Positions 1 to 10,920 of a stretch of 20,000 nucleotides of DNA are shown here, one piece after another. The notes under the pieces are model-generated. The model saw nothing but the letters and a program-made list of their open reading frames with translations. It was not told the DNA's origin and made no database searches. Each line of letters begins with the position of its first letter. Positions within the stretch are counted from its first letter, which is position 1. Made by a program: the position numbers and the translations under genes. Origin of the DNA: Gonapodya sp. JEL0774 (lineage: Eukaryota); NCBI GenBank assembly GCA_027604505.1, contig JADIIX010000101.1:60608-80607 (forward strand), in the 5' to 3' direction.

Positions 1-132
1 CCGTATACTCTTCCACCGTCGCTAATCAAACCCGAAAATACAGAAAGTAACACTACACATGCTCATTCAGTCAGCCGCTCCGTTCCAAGAAGCTGTTCAT
101 GTCGTTTCATCTCATTCCTCCTTTGCGTCAGG

Positions 133-3100
133 CTACTTTTCCCCACTCCCAGACCCTGGTCCCCTCAACAGGCCCAATAAGTCTCCCGAAATAGTTTGAG
201 CCTTCCTCGTATCCTCACTTGCTGTCTGTGTGTACCCTCCCTCTAAGCCACTCGGGCTGCTCGGGCTGTTAAACTTCCCGAACCCGTTCCCACTCTTACT
301 ACCCACGGCACCTCCACTCAGCAGATCCTGGAGTAGCGTAGCGCCGGCATCGGTGGAGGTCTGCGCAGATCCAATGGCTGGGGTAGCACCTGTGGCGGCT
401 CGCTCCAATACCTCGCTGCGCGACTGTCTGTTTCCAATACCAGACGCACCGGACCCAAACAATGCTAGGACGTTTGGAGAATGCGTTCTCGGGGTCGCGC
501 CAACCCCAAAAGAAGTCTGAGCTGTCCCCGCGGCACCTAACCCGAACATACCCTCCAGAGCTCCAGGCTTTGGCGCCGTCCCCCTTCCCAGAACCGGAAA
601 ACCTGCAGATACCGATCCGGTTCCGATTGAAACTCCCCCTGTTTTGGAGTTGGACGCGTCCTTCTTGGAAAAAAGGTCCAACAAGGCGGCCCCGCCAGTT
701 GCGGGCCTGGTCAGACGCTGTTGAGACTGAATCGGCTGCGGTTGCTCTGACAATGGTCCCACGAACGGTGGTGAAGTTAGATCAGCTGTGGGAGTAGGTG
801 TGGGGTGGCGCGAACCGAGCAGTGCAAGTGGTGACATTGGTGGATTTGGTGGGAGATGTGGTTGCACCGTTGGCGTGGTCCCCACGTCCGGACTTCTGCT
901 CTTCTTCTGTGCATTTAATAGCATTGCCATGAGTGGGGTCGGAGAGGGTGCGGGTGCCAGTTCTGGTGTATGTTTCAATGTTTGCAATGTTTGGGACATC
1001 GAGGTGGCATGTGGCGACCCCATCGAAATCATGGGCTGCGAGGACAATGCCGTTGCTACTTGTGTCGTTGTGACTGGACTCGCGTTCGGAGATGGACGTT
1101 GATCCGTTGTCTTCACATCTTGTTCGGGTTCACCGACATCACTCGATCGCTGGATTAACGGCGAGGACACTGGGCCCCCGGTTGCCTCGGACTCAACTGT
1201 ATGCCTCACATCTTTTTGCTCATCCAATGCATCGATCACCACTTCCCCATAATCAGTCATAGTAGTGTCGGTTTCCACGCGCTGTTCCTCATTTATTTCC
1301 TGTCCCTCAGCATTCACGTTTTCAACCTCAAGAGTCGCTTCGTCTGCTCGATGTCCATCATGCGCAGATTCCGTCAATACCACTGATGCCTGATCCGTGC
1401 CATCATCTGGTCCAGCTACTGCAAAGCGATCCAACAACACCACATGGTCAGCATCAATTTCTACGGCAAGGGAGCTGGCAACCACGCTGGCATCATCGGG
1501 AAACCGCATGGCCTCTCCTTCTCTTTCCGCTTCTGCTTCATCCGCAGTAGCGTCACTACCTTGCTGTATCTCATCGTCTTCCACACCGGCAACCAACTTT
1601 TCCACTTCCGTCATTCCATCAACTGCACTCGTTGCCGCGTGCGCAGTTTCCCCCGCATCCAAGTCAGCCTCCACTGGTTGTACTAACTCCCCTGCAAACA
1701 TGATCAAAGGCTCTCCGTCGTCCTGGGCACCAATTTCTTCAGTTGTTTCCTTTTGGAGAGTATGCTCAACAACATCCTCAGCAGGCCATAACGGTTCGGG
1801 CATCACTACGTCACCGTCATAACTCCCTTTGACCAGCGGGGTAAGTGAGTTTGAAGCAACAGGCACTTCTTCGGCATCCGCAAAGTTGTCCTCGACGGGC
1901 TGAGATTCAGTCGCGGGGTTCATCTCACTACTGGGTCCCCGCATCAACAAACCCAACAGATCCTGTCTCATACCATCTCGTTCCTCCCCCACCGCTTTCA
2001 ACACAGCCCGTCCCTTCCCCTTGCCAGTACTGGTACCACCGCTGCCGAAAGCGGATAGAAACGGTACAAGCGGGGGAGCGGGTGGTGCGGTGATCGCGGC
2101 GCGAGGACCTAGGAGGGCCGTCAAAACAGACTCGGCAGCAGCGGAAGTGGGATGCCGAGGTTTGTGCTTGACTGCTGGAGCGGTTGGTGGGGCCTTGGTG
2201 ACAGGGTTGGACGGTGCTAGAGAGTCACTGTTAAGTTTTTGGCCCGCAGATGCTATGGCTGGTGACGGTTGGTGCTCGACAAAATCATAAGGCACAAGTG
2301 CGCGACGAAGGTGTGGGTGACGTGCTGCACGGGGTTGGAGTGGCATCTTTCGGACATCGGTGGCAGGTGACAATCGCACAGGACGAGCGGGACTAGTCGC
2401 GTACGAGAAATCATCCGGGGTTTTCACCTCCCTCGAGCTACGTTCATCAGTCGTCCCGACATTCTCATTTTGTGTTGGTCGCAATGCTGAGCTAGATTCG
2501 ACCTCAACCTTCGCAGCCGCTCGGAGCATCGCCAATAGATCTTTGGCTCTGTCGCGTTCTCCGTGGTCGGCACCTTTGGGCTCTGAAGGCCGCTCTTGTG
2601 CTGCAGCCGATGACTTTGAATTTGTACCGTTTCCGAGCCCCAACATTGCCATTAAGCGCTTTCCCGCGGCATCGGCATCAACAGCCGTGGCTGTCGGTGT
2701 GGCGTAGGAGGGCTGAATGATATTCGATTGACCGCCCGATGCCACATTTGAAACATGTGTTGTGTGCATATGCTTAGGAGCTGTCGGTTGTGGTAGATTT
2801 GAAGATCCGGTGCTGATACCAAGTCTTGCTTTAAGTGCTGCCAGTGAGTCAATAGGAATCAGGGAGGGAACGGGAACTGGAGCGTTGGACGCATCGCCGA
2901 AAACAGTCGACGATGAGTGGTGCTGAGCCAAAACTCCCTGGACAGATACATCTACCGGCTCCTCGGCAGGCACTGATGACGGGCGCTTGATCTTCTCGCG
3001 TGTTGCGCTTGCGCTTGTCCTCGACTTGCCGTCGTGCAAATCTCTCGCTGCTGCCACTTTGCCCTTGCTGGGCTTTCCCTCGGCCGACCCCCTGCTGACT

Positions 3101-4421
3101 GCACCGCTCGATCTGGCTGGTGATACAGATGCTTTCCGGGCTGCAACAGCAGCAGCGATTCTGTTGGCCACGGGAGCTCTCGGAAGGTCAGAATCGTCCT
3201 CTGAGGGTTGGGTAGAAGCGACTGGGGCGACGTTACGGCGTGCGGGACGACGCCGGGTGGTGGCATTGGGAGCAACACTGCCTCGCTCTGTTCTCTCGTC
3301 ATCACTGGCTGATCCTGGGGTCTCTGCGCCCGGTGCAGCTGGATGTCGGTATGCCGGCGGTTGTAAGTGTGAATGAACGTGCCGGGTTGGGCTGACCGCG
3401 TGTGCACCGTGCCGTCTCCCAGACTCTCCCCTAACCGCTTGCTTCCGAGCTACCCACTGCTTAACATGCTTGACGAAGGGGGCCACCAGGAAGAAGTCCT
3501 TGCGACGGGTGCTAGCGGTATCAGAAGAAATATCGCCCCGAGAAGGAATGCTTGATTGCTCGGAAGAGGTGCTTGTCGGCAACGAAAACAGTCGATGCCA
3601 GGAAATGGCCTAATGATGAGAAATAGCAAGAGTAAACACGGGCACGATATCAGTCGTCATCTGAAGCATAGCGTCACTACAAATCTCTCTCGTGGGACTC
3701 ACACTTATCTCCCCCTTCGTTAGCGGTGCAAATTGACAGTCCTCGGGTACTCCGACAACAATGTACAGCCTGACACGTTGCTCCCGTACAGTTAACTCAA
3801 CGAAGTCCTCCTCTCTGAGCAAACGGGAGCAATCGAATCCCGTCTCCTCGTTGACTTCGCGGATCGCACATTCAGACGTGCTCTCAGACTTGTTTATTTT
3901 TCCTTTGGGAAAGCCCCAAGAGCGGCTTTTACCGGCTCCACGAACAAGCAGGACCTTGTCCATAGTCGAATTCAAAAGGACGGCACCGCATACCGGCACC
4001 CGTATCTTGTACTCGATCCAGTCCTTGTATGCGCTTTCGTGAGTGTGTGCCCATTGCCGCAGCAGAGGATGGTGGTTGAAGAGTCTCGCTGAGAAAATCT
4101 TGAGTGAAAATTGAGGTGCCTGGGCAGACAGAGGCCGTACGATGTCTTCGTAGTACCAGAATGCGAGTTCAATTTGGAAGAGAATGCGTTCGACAGTCGC
4201 CAATTCTTCTTCGGGGACGTTGATGATGAATCGCCTGGTGAACATGGTCGCGTTCAACTCTGTTGGACAGGAGCACCTCGCCCAACACGTCCCCCAGCCA
4301 GCCGAGCAGGAGCTCGCGGGACTTACGCTGCCAAATCATCGAGCGTTTCTTGTAATGTCAACGCCTGGAAGGGCGTCGCAACTTCTCGCATTTTGAGTGA
4401 TTGTAAGAGTGTCGTGGTCAT
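133..4421 (-). CDS. DCP2: mRNA decapping enzyme catalytic subunit Dcp2 (Box A + Nudix domain + long disordered C-terminus)
   Basis: Exons 4421-4327, 4234-3703 and 3609-133 join through GT-AG introns into one frame of 1368 codons. Box A reads LDDLAARFIINVPEEELATVERILFQIELAFWYYED and the Nudix box reads WGFPKGKINKSESTSECAIREVNEETG. The start may instead be the in-frame ATG at 4391. Confidence 0.95.
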
Positions 4422-4740
4422 ACATGGCACAACGAGCTTTCCTGGAGTTCACAACAGACACCCATACCGTATGAATAGCTCGCCCCGGAAGCGCTCCTTT
4501 CAAAGTTGCCTCCTCCCATTGCGCTCATGGAATGTATTTCTACCTATAGAAGTAACATCTGTTCAGAAAGGACATGTATCACACGTCGCACACCATGAGA
4601 GCATGTTAGCTAGGGCATATCCCTCATGGGAATTCGCTCGGCGTTCGTGCATTTACCATTTACAGTATACCAACAATTTGGGACAACATTTGTTGGGATC
4701 CTCGCGAGGGTTGATCCTGCGCGTGCAACCCCTGCCCACG

Positions 4741-6077
4741 ATGACATCTGCTCGGACCGCAGACCATACCAGGGTGGACTCCGGAGTCGATGTCTCAGAT
4801 GTCACTCGCCGGATCCGTATCGGGCTTCTTGTGGCAGATTATTTCGATTCGCAGGACTCACCGGACTGGCTGAAAAGTTTTGTCCTAAAGTGGGGAAACC
4901 TCGACACATGGTGAGCCCATGCGTGTCAGTCTGAATGGAACTATCAATTCATTATGGTCAGTTCCTGAGGATCAATGCTCTCTGCATGTTTTCAGGTGTC
5001 ACGACTTCTTTTGCGTCAATGTTTTGAACACATATTACAATACCACACCAACATCCAAAATCGAGGTCTCAGTGGTGCATTATGATTGCTGGACGCAGCA
5101 ACTTCCCTCTGAAATGGAACTCCGAAGGCTCGACTGTTGTATTATCACGGGATCGCGTAAGTTCGCAACCGGACGTGAGTCGACTTTTCACCGGATTGCC
5201 CAAAGTTTACGAAATGATTTTGCGTAGGAAACGCAGCTTTTGAGACTCTCCCATGGATTTTGGCACTGAAAGAATGGATCCGGGACAATTACAAAAGGAC
5301 AAAGCTGCTTGGCCTCTGCTTCGGGTGGGTATGGACCTCAAAATCTTGCAATATAACTCAAAGTGCCATGTTTAACAACTCTTTTATGTCTATGGACTGC
5401 TCAGTCACCAAATCATAAGTCTCGCTCTCGGCGGCACCGTCGTTGTCAATCCGCGGGGCATTGAAGAGGGGACAGCTGTGGTAAAATTATCTCCTGCTTT
5501 CCAGCAAATCTTCAAGACTAATAAGAAAAGTATGCGACTGTGCGTTGGTCATACGGATATTGTGAACACTCCTGTGGCTGGAGCGGAAGTGCTCGGGTCT
5601 ACTGATATGTGCGACCACCAAGGGATGGTCTTCGGCGACACCGTCCTGACACTTCAGGTGAGATTAGCGAAGGGCGCTCATTTTCACCTGTTGAAAAGTG
5701 ATGAAATGTGATGAAATGTGACCCATGCCGCGCGGTTCGCAGACCCACCCCGAATTCAGGACGCCATTCTACGCCGACTATAACAATGAAAGATGGGCGA
5801 ACCAAGTCAAGAACAAGCATAAGTATACGGTGGAAGAACTAGCCAATCTGGAGTCCATCCACCGCACGTTCCGGGAAGATCTACTGGACGCTGATGTAAA
5901 AGGATTGGATGATATGTGAGTATTTAAACCGTGGAGTTGCACGTGTGTAATAGGAATGCTTTTTACACATCAATGCACTGGATACCTAGGTGGATTGGGG
6001 CGAAGATACTCGGCTGGATAATGGGAAACATTGAGTCTGATGAAGAGTTGGAGATGCGGCGGGTGTGGTCTCTATGA
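4741..6077 (+). CDS. Class I glutamine amidotransferase-like protein (GATase1 superfamily, stand-alone)
   Basis: Six exons with GT-AG introns. The spliced protein contains IITGS, LLGLCFG|HQIISLALGG (nucleophile-elbow Cys) and TLQ|THPEF (His-x-Glu), giving an intact Cys-His-Glu triad. Stop TGA at 6075-6077. Confidence 0.88.
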
Positions 6078-6285
6078 AATGAAAATAAGTTCGTCGATCG
6101 TTAAAGCAATTTGACTTTTTCCCGCGTAACAGTTTTGTTCAATAATGTAAACATGTTTTGTTGTGTTTGCCGTGTGGTGTTTCGTGTGCAACCAGCAATA
6201 ATCGCTGTTTGCAGAAAGTTTCTAGAACTTTGAAACCCACTGAAAACCGCGAGTACGAAACAAACTCCTTGAAACATATTCATTG

Positions 6286-8596
6286 ATGGACACGGAATCG
6301 GACTCTTCAGACACAGAGGCAGAACTTGAGAAAGTCTTTGCAAGAGCGTCTGATCCGCCACCTCGCCGGCCTCTCGACGAGCATGGTGACCAGGGCAAGA
6401 GAGCCAGGGAACATAGGAGCTCTGGTCTTGGCGTAGCTGACGTGTTCGAGAACATCTATGATACCGAGGACTTGGATTACAACATTACCGCGTCCGACCC
6501 ATCTGACGCTATCCCCTCGGACCTGGTTGTATGTCCAATTTGCCTGCTTTCCTTGACGGACAAGTCTCTGCTCGACTCTTGCCTTCATGCCTTCTGCTTC
6601 TCATGCATTAGTGAGTGGGCGGCGATCTCCCGGGCATGCCCACTCTGCAAGAGAGAATTTTCTGCTGTGGCTCATGATATTCAGAGCGATGACATCTTCA
6701 AACGGTTCACATTTCCATCACTGGAGCGCCGAACGACGCAGATGGTCCCTACCCTACGAGGCAGAGCACCAGCCAACACGTACCCCCGAACATTAGCCTT
6801 TTCGAGTAGTTCGATTCCAAGACCAATGCCTCGCTGGGGTGGTTCCTCCGCTGAGCGAAATCACGATCGTAATGACGAACTAGAGGAAGCGGTTCTCGAT
6901 CGCCGAAGGTGAAAATAGATTCCTGGTGTAGGAACTGTTCTTGTTGTCTCTATTGACCGACCAGTTTCACAGGCACGTTTACACTCACAACCTTCGCCTA
7001 CGACATTCGGGCTCTAAAAGTCCTTATCCTACGCCAGCACTCTTTGTTCGAGACGCTTCCCTCACCGCCCGCCTACTTCCCTTCCTACGCCGCGAGCTCC
7101 CCATTCTTCTTGGTACTTCGAGTCCCTCCACTGTGTCTGTAGTGGCGGAGTTTATTTTTGGTGTTGCCAAGAAGCACGACCTCCGCTCAGACTCCGCAAT
7201 CACTGCCATCCAAGAATTCCTTGGATCGAAAGCGGAGCTGTTTGTCCACGAAGCTCTGGGGTATCTCAAGGCAGGGTGGGACCTCAAAACGTTCGATCGA
7301 TACGCTCAGTATGACGCGGATCTTCCGAGCGTTGAGGAGTTTGTACGGAGAAGAAAGCGGGGGGGAATGCGGAGCAGCCGGGATCTCGATAGGGGTGGGA
7401 GTTCTTCAGCCCAGCGGCAGCGCGCACGATCTCGCAGCGTTGGAACAGTTGTCGGGAAGAGAAGGCGGAGCTTGGACGGAATCCGGGGCCGGGACTGCGA
7501 AGGAACGGATCGAGGCGGCCACTCTCATCGGACCAAGAGAGACCGCACCGCTTGGGACCGGCACCGGGAGCGAGACACACACAAGCGGCACAGGCGTGGT
7601 GATACCAGTCGTCAAATACTGGGTGAAGGGAGCAATCAATGTTTCCTTGCATCTGAGAGACAGTCCTCCCACACTGGACGAGCCCCCCCGTTCCCTCTTC
7701 CTCCCTTCCGTTCTCATTCTTGCTCCCCGTCTGTCATCTCTATATCTTCGGCTGGACGAAGTCCGTCGCTACTCTCAGTGTCAGATGCTGATGGAGAGGA
7801 CGCAGGAGACTCGCACCGACCAGAAGTTGTGCTTCTCCCACCCATTTCAGAGAACGATTTATTAATCTCTTCCCCTCACGGTGGAGTGGCCACATTGGAG
7901 TTTCACATCCCGGAACATGTAATGGTCAAGGACGTCGTGACGGTCGCTCCTCACGAGCCACTATCATTACGGGCGAAGCTATCACTGGAGAAGGAAACTT
8001 TGCTTCGGGAACGCTTGAAGAAAAAGTTGGGTATTTCAAGTAACGATATCGCTGACTCGAGCGCCGGAACACTCTCCCATTCGACTTTTGTTGGTGCTTT
8101 CCCAGCAAAAGGTCACACTATAGAAGGCACGTTGCGATTATCAGGGCAGGGACCTTCGTTAAGTGATAAAATCGTTGGATTATCAACTAGTAGTCAAGTG
8201 GTATCGGATTCTGCGATGCTCAACAACACCTCACGGACGTCGACCCAAATTAGAGAAAGTCCAAGACAGGCATTTTCAGATTCTTCAGCTCAACCACCTC
8301 TATCACATGCTGGGCTCAAAATCGCCTCCTCAGCTCGACATGTGGTCTTTTCGGAACCAACCCCTTCTCCTGCAAGAGCTCTAACAGCAATAGCTTCGGA
8401 CGAAGCCCACCTCCGGACACTTCTCACTAGCACTGCGATGGGATCAGATATTTGCGGTCCTAAACCGAGTTATCAAATGCAAGGAGATGCTCTTCCAGAG
8501 GGACAGACAATCAAACGCGATTCCTCGGTAACGCTGCAACTGTTAAAATTGAAGCTGCTGGCAAAGATGAAAGCGTCCAATCTCCGAAACTCTTGA
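6286..8596 (+). CDS. Topors-like RING (C3HC4) E3 ubiquitin ligase with PWI-like helical domain and Arg/Ser-rich tail
   Basis: RING motif CPICLLSLTDKSLLDSCLHAFCFSCISEWAAISRACPLCK. Intron 6909-6972 (GT-AG) joins to RLLPFLRRELPILLG...IQEFLGSKAELFVHE, as in Topors-family proteins, followed by an R/S-rich low-complexity region. Confidence 0.8.
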
Positions 8597-8789
8597 AAGT
8601 TGAACCACACTATGTACATAAAATGTAGGGTGAGAATGCAAGTTGGTTCTGCATGTAAATAAACTGTGCTGCTCCATACCAACGGTGAACAAAGAAAGAG
8701 CGAGAGAATAATGTGTGCGAAGTGCAGTTGGAAAAACACAAAACTAAATCACTATATAGAGAACCCCTTCATCACCCGCGCAGCCTCCG

Positions 8790-9112
8790 TCATACAAGCT
8801 CAGCGGCACCGACCATGTCCGATCTCTCTTTCTGCGACGCGTGGAGAGCTTTGCCAGCTCTGTGTGCCCATGGATGTGCAGATACTGTTGTCGGGAGACT
8901 CTCTGGAGGGTCTCCGGACACGCGGAGAGTGCCGGATTCGGTTCAAAGTTCGGAAACAAGCAAGGCTGCTCCGAGCGAAGCATTCGCAGATATCGAAAGT
9001 GAATTGGTATCCGAGGGGTTGCGTTAAGCGACGACGCTGTTCATTATGCAAAAGAAGGTTGAAGCCCGATCGCTAGTGCCCGCGCCATCATCACCTGGAG
9101 CCTCAGTATGTT
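8790..9112 (+). ncRNA. Candidate structured ncRNA with RNase MRP RNA-like motifs (boundaries approximate)
   Basis: GGAGGGTCTCC (8905-8915) can pair with GGAGCCTC (9097-9104) as a P4-like helix with a bulged U. A GCG-GAGAG-TGC hairpin (8922-8932) has a GARAR pentaloop, and several more hairpins follow. It deviates from the GAAAG consensus and competing local hairpins exist. Confidence 0.35.
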
Positions 9113-9296
9113 TAGCGAAAACGAAACAATTTGGAATTTCGACGTGTTCTTTTGCACGAGTTGCTTATTTTTGAGAAAACCATGGGGTACTGAGAATAAA
9201 TGAGTAAAGCAGAGTTCACTTTTGGTATTGGGCCCATAACGCGATCGACGGTCGGTAATGCATGTAGCGTGACCGATACATAATACTTGATGCCCT

Positions 9297-10776
9297 ATGA
9301 CCGTGCCCATACCACAATGTTTGACATCTCAAGAAGCAGCGGCATCATGTCTCGCTCTCGCATCAGGTATTTGACATAAATTAGTACATGGGTGGTTCGC
9401 TCTAATACCTGCCTCCTATTTGCATTCACCATCAAGCGTTCGTCGGAACACTTTATGTCTTTCCTGCTGGACGCATTGCAAGAAATTCGTCTCGAAATGA
9501 TCCCAGTGTGATCGCCGCAAGGCTCAAATCCATCGGAATCCTCTGTTCCATTGCTCCAGCTGGAATCTACACAGTTTTCTGGCTCAAGTCAACCGATTTT
9601 CGAGGTTAGCTATTGTTGTCAGAAATATTTTCATGAGGAATGATGGAAGGAACTCCTCTGCTTTTTGAAATGGAACACGCGTCCTTCCTTTACAATGCTG
9701 TTCGGGATGGTTTATACAAAGTGTCTACTTTCCTCGAATCCACCACCAGTTCTTCCCAAATCATATCAGCTCCCTCTACTTCTCTCCTGGATGGGCATCT
9801 ATCCACCGCACCTGTTCGCCTCTCTTCGCTCCCTATTGCTTACAAGCATGCTCTATCTCGGGCCCATTGTGCAAGAGGTGACGGACTACTATCTTGATGA
9901 TCTGATGCCGGGCTATGAATTCGGAACTCTGAGGGCACTCAGAGATTACCTTGTGGTGAGAATTAAAACAGAAAGGGTGCCCTCGGTTGCTCCACTGGAT
10001 ACTGACATGTGGGTAACCAAAATCAGGGTCCCGCCGCCGAAGAGTTCATTTTTCGGTCCTGCATGGTTCCACTCGCTCTTGCTGCTGGCTGGTCCCAAAC
10101 ATCCACCGTGCTTTTGCTTCCCACGGTGTTTGGGGTTGGTGAGTTGGCGTTGAAATGCTGTGACTGTGTCACCTTGCATCAAACTACATCCCAACCCCAA
10201 ACGCTTGCGAAGCTCACCTCCACCACCTTTACGAACGCTATAATCAAGGTGGCCGCAGTCTTGCGGCCCTCAAGCAAGCGTCTGTGGTCTCGCGTAAGTA
10301 TGAACCGAAGTAACGGAGAGGTTTTTTCTCACGATTGTTCACCCTCTTCTCCGTGTGACATCCAAACAAGTATTCCAATTTAGCTATACCACTCTTTTTG
10401 GATGGTACTCCACATTTCTATTCCTGCGCACAGGTTCTTTGCATGCAATTTCAAACCCATCTCCGCATTTTACGTCTCACTCCACCACTCCTTTTTCTGT
10501 GCTCTATGAGGCTCCGTGCTTGCGCCAATCTCCAGCCACATTTTGTGCAATATTTTAGGCTTACCGGCATTTGGTAGGCTGTCGTTGAGCTCCAGGAGGG
10601 AAATGGGTGAGTAAATTTGGTTTGCCCTTGTTGTTTGACAGTTCTACATGCTGATATCTCGTGGATCATTGTACCAACCACATATGCGTGATTTTATCTG
10701 GCTTCTAGGAATTGTTGCCTGCTTTCTAGGAGGACTTGGACTCTTCACTCGCCTCCTCTTTCCGCTCACGGCATGA
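9297..10776 (+). CDS. RCE1: CAAX prenyl protease 2 (Rce1, CPBP/Abi family intramembrane protease)
   Basis: The spliced frame gives AFVGTLY...RNDPSVIAARL, LYLGP, LRDYLV|GPAAEEFIFRSCM (EExxxR), FGV|AHLHH (FxxxH), QFSYTTLFGWYSTFLFLRTG and HILCNILGLP (HxxxN). Stop TGA at 10774-10776. One internal acceptor is uncertain. Confidence 0.92.
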
Positions 10777-10920
10777 ACCACTTCAATCGATTTTGAGTGC
10801 ATCGCATCAGCACGAATATTGTAGTAGCAACGATCTCCCACTGTACATGCATCGTGCTCATAATAGCAGATGGATCAACATAAGTATGCAAGTATATAAA
10901 CACCATCCCTTGCGACCGAA

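Noticed and set aside
230..4914. Many plus-strand ORFs overlapping DCP2, including 4111-4914 (267 aa)
   Set aside because: These are antisense shadows of a GC-rich coding strand. Only 4741-4910 is real (GATase exon 1).
5698..5721. Tandem GTGATGAAAT repeat containing box C-like RTGATGA in a GATase intron
   Set aside because: There is no downstream box D (CTGA) and too little intron remains for a C/D snoRNA. It looks like a simple 10-bp duplication.
8752..9051. Minus-strand frame reading GHGRCR-TGA-ACMTEAARVMKGFSI, a possible CxU selenoprotein (some early-diverging fungi use Sec)
   Set aside because: No SECIS-like AUGA/AA/GA hairpin is visible downstream, there is no good upstream start, and there is no similarity to a selenoprotein family I recognise. 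A SECISearch or tblastn hit with Cys aligned to the TGA would reopen it.
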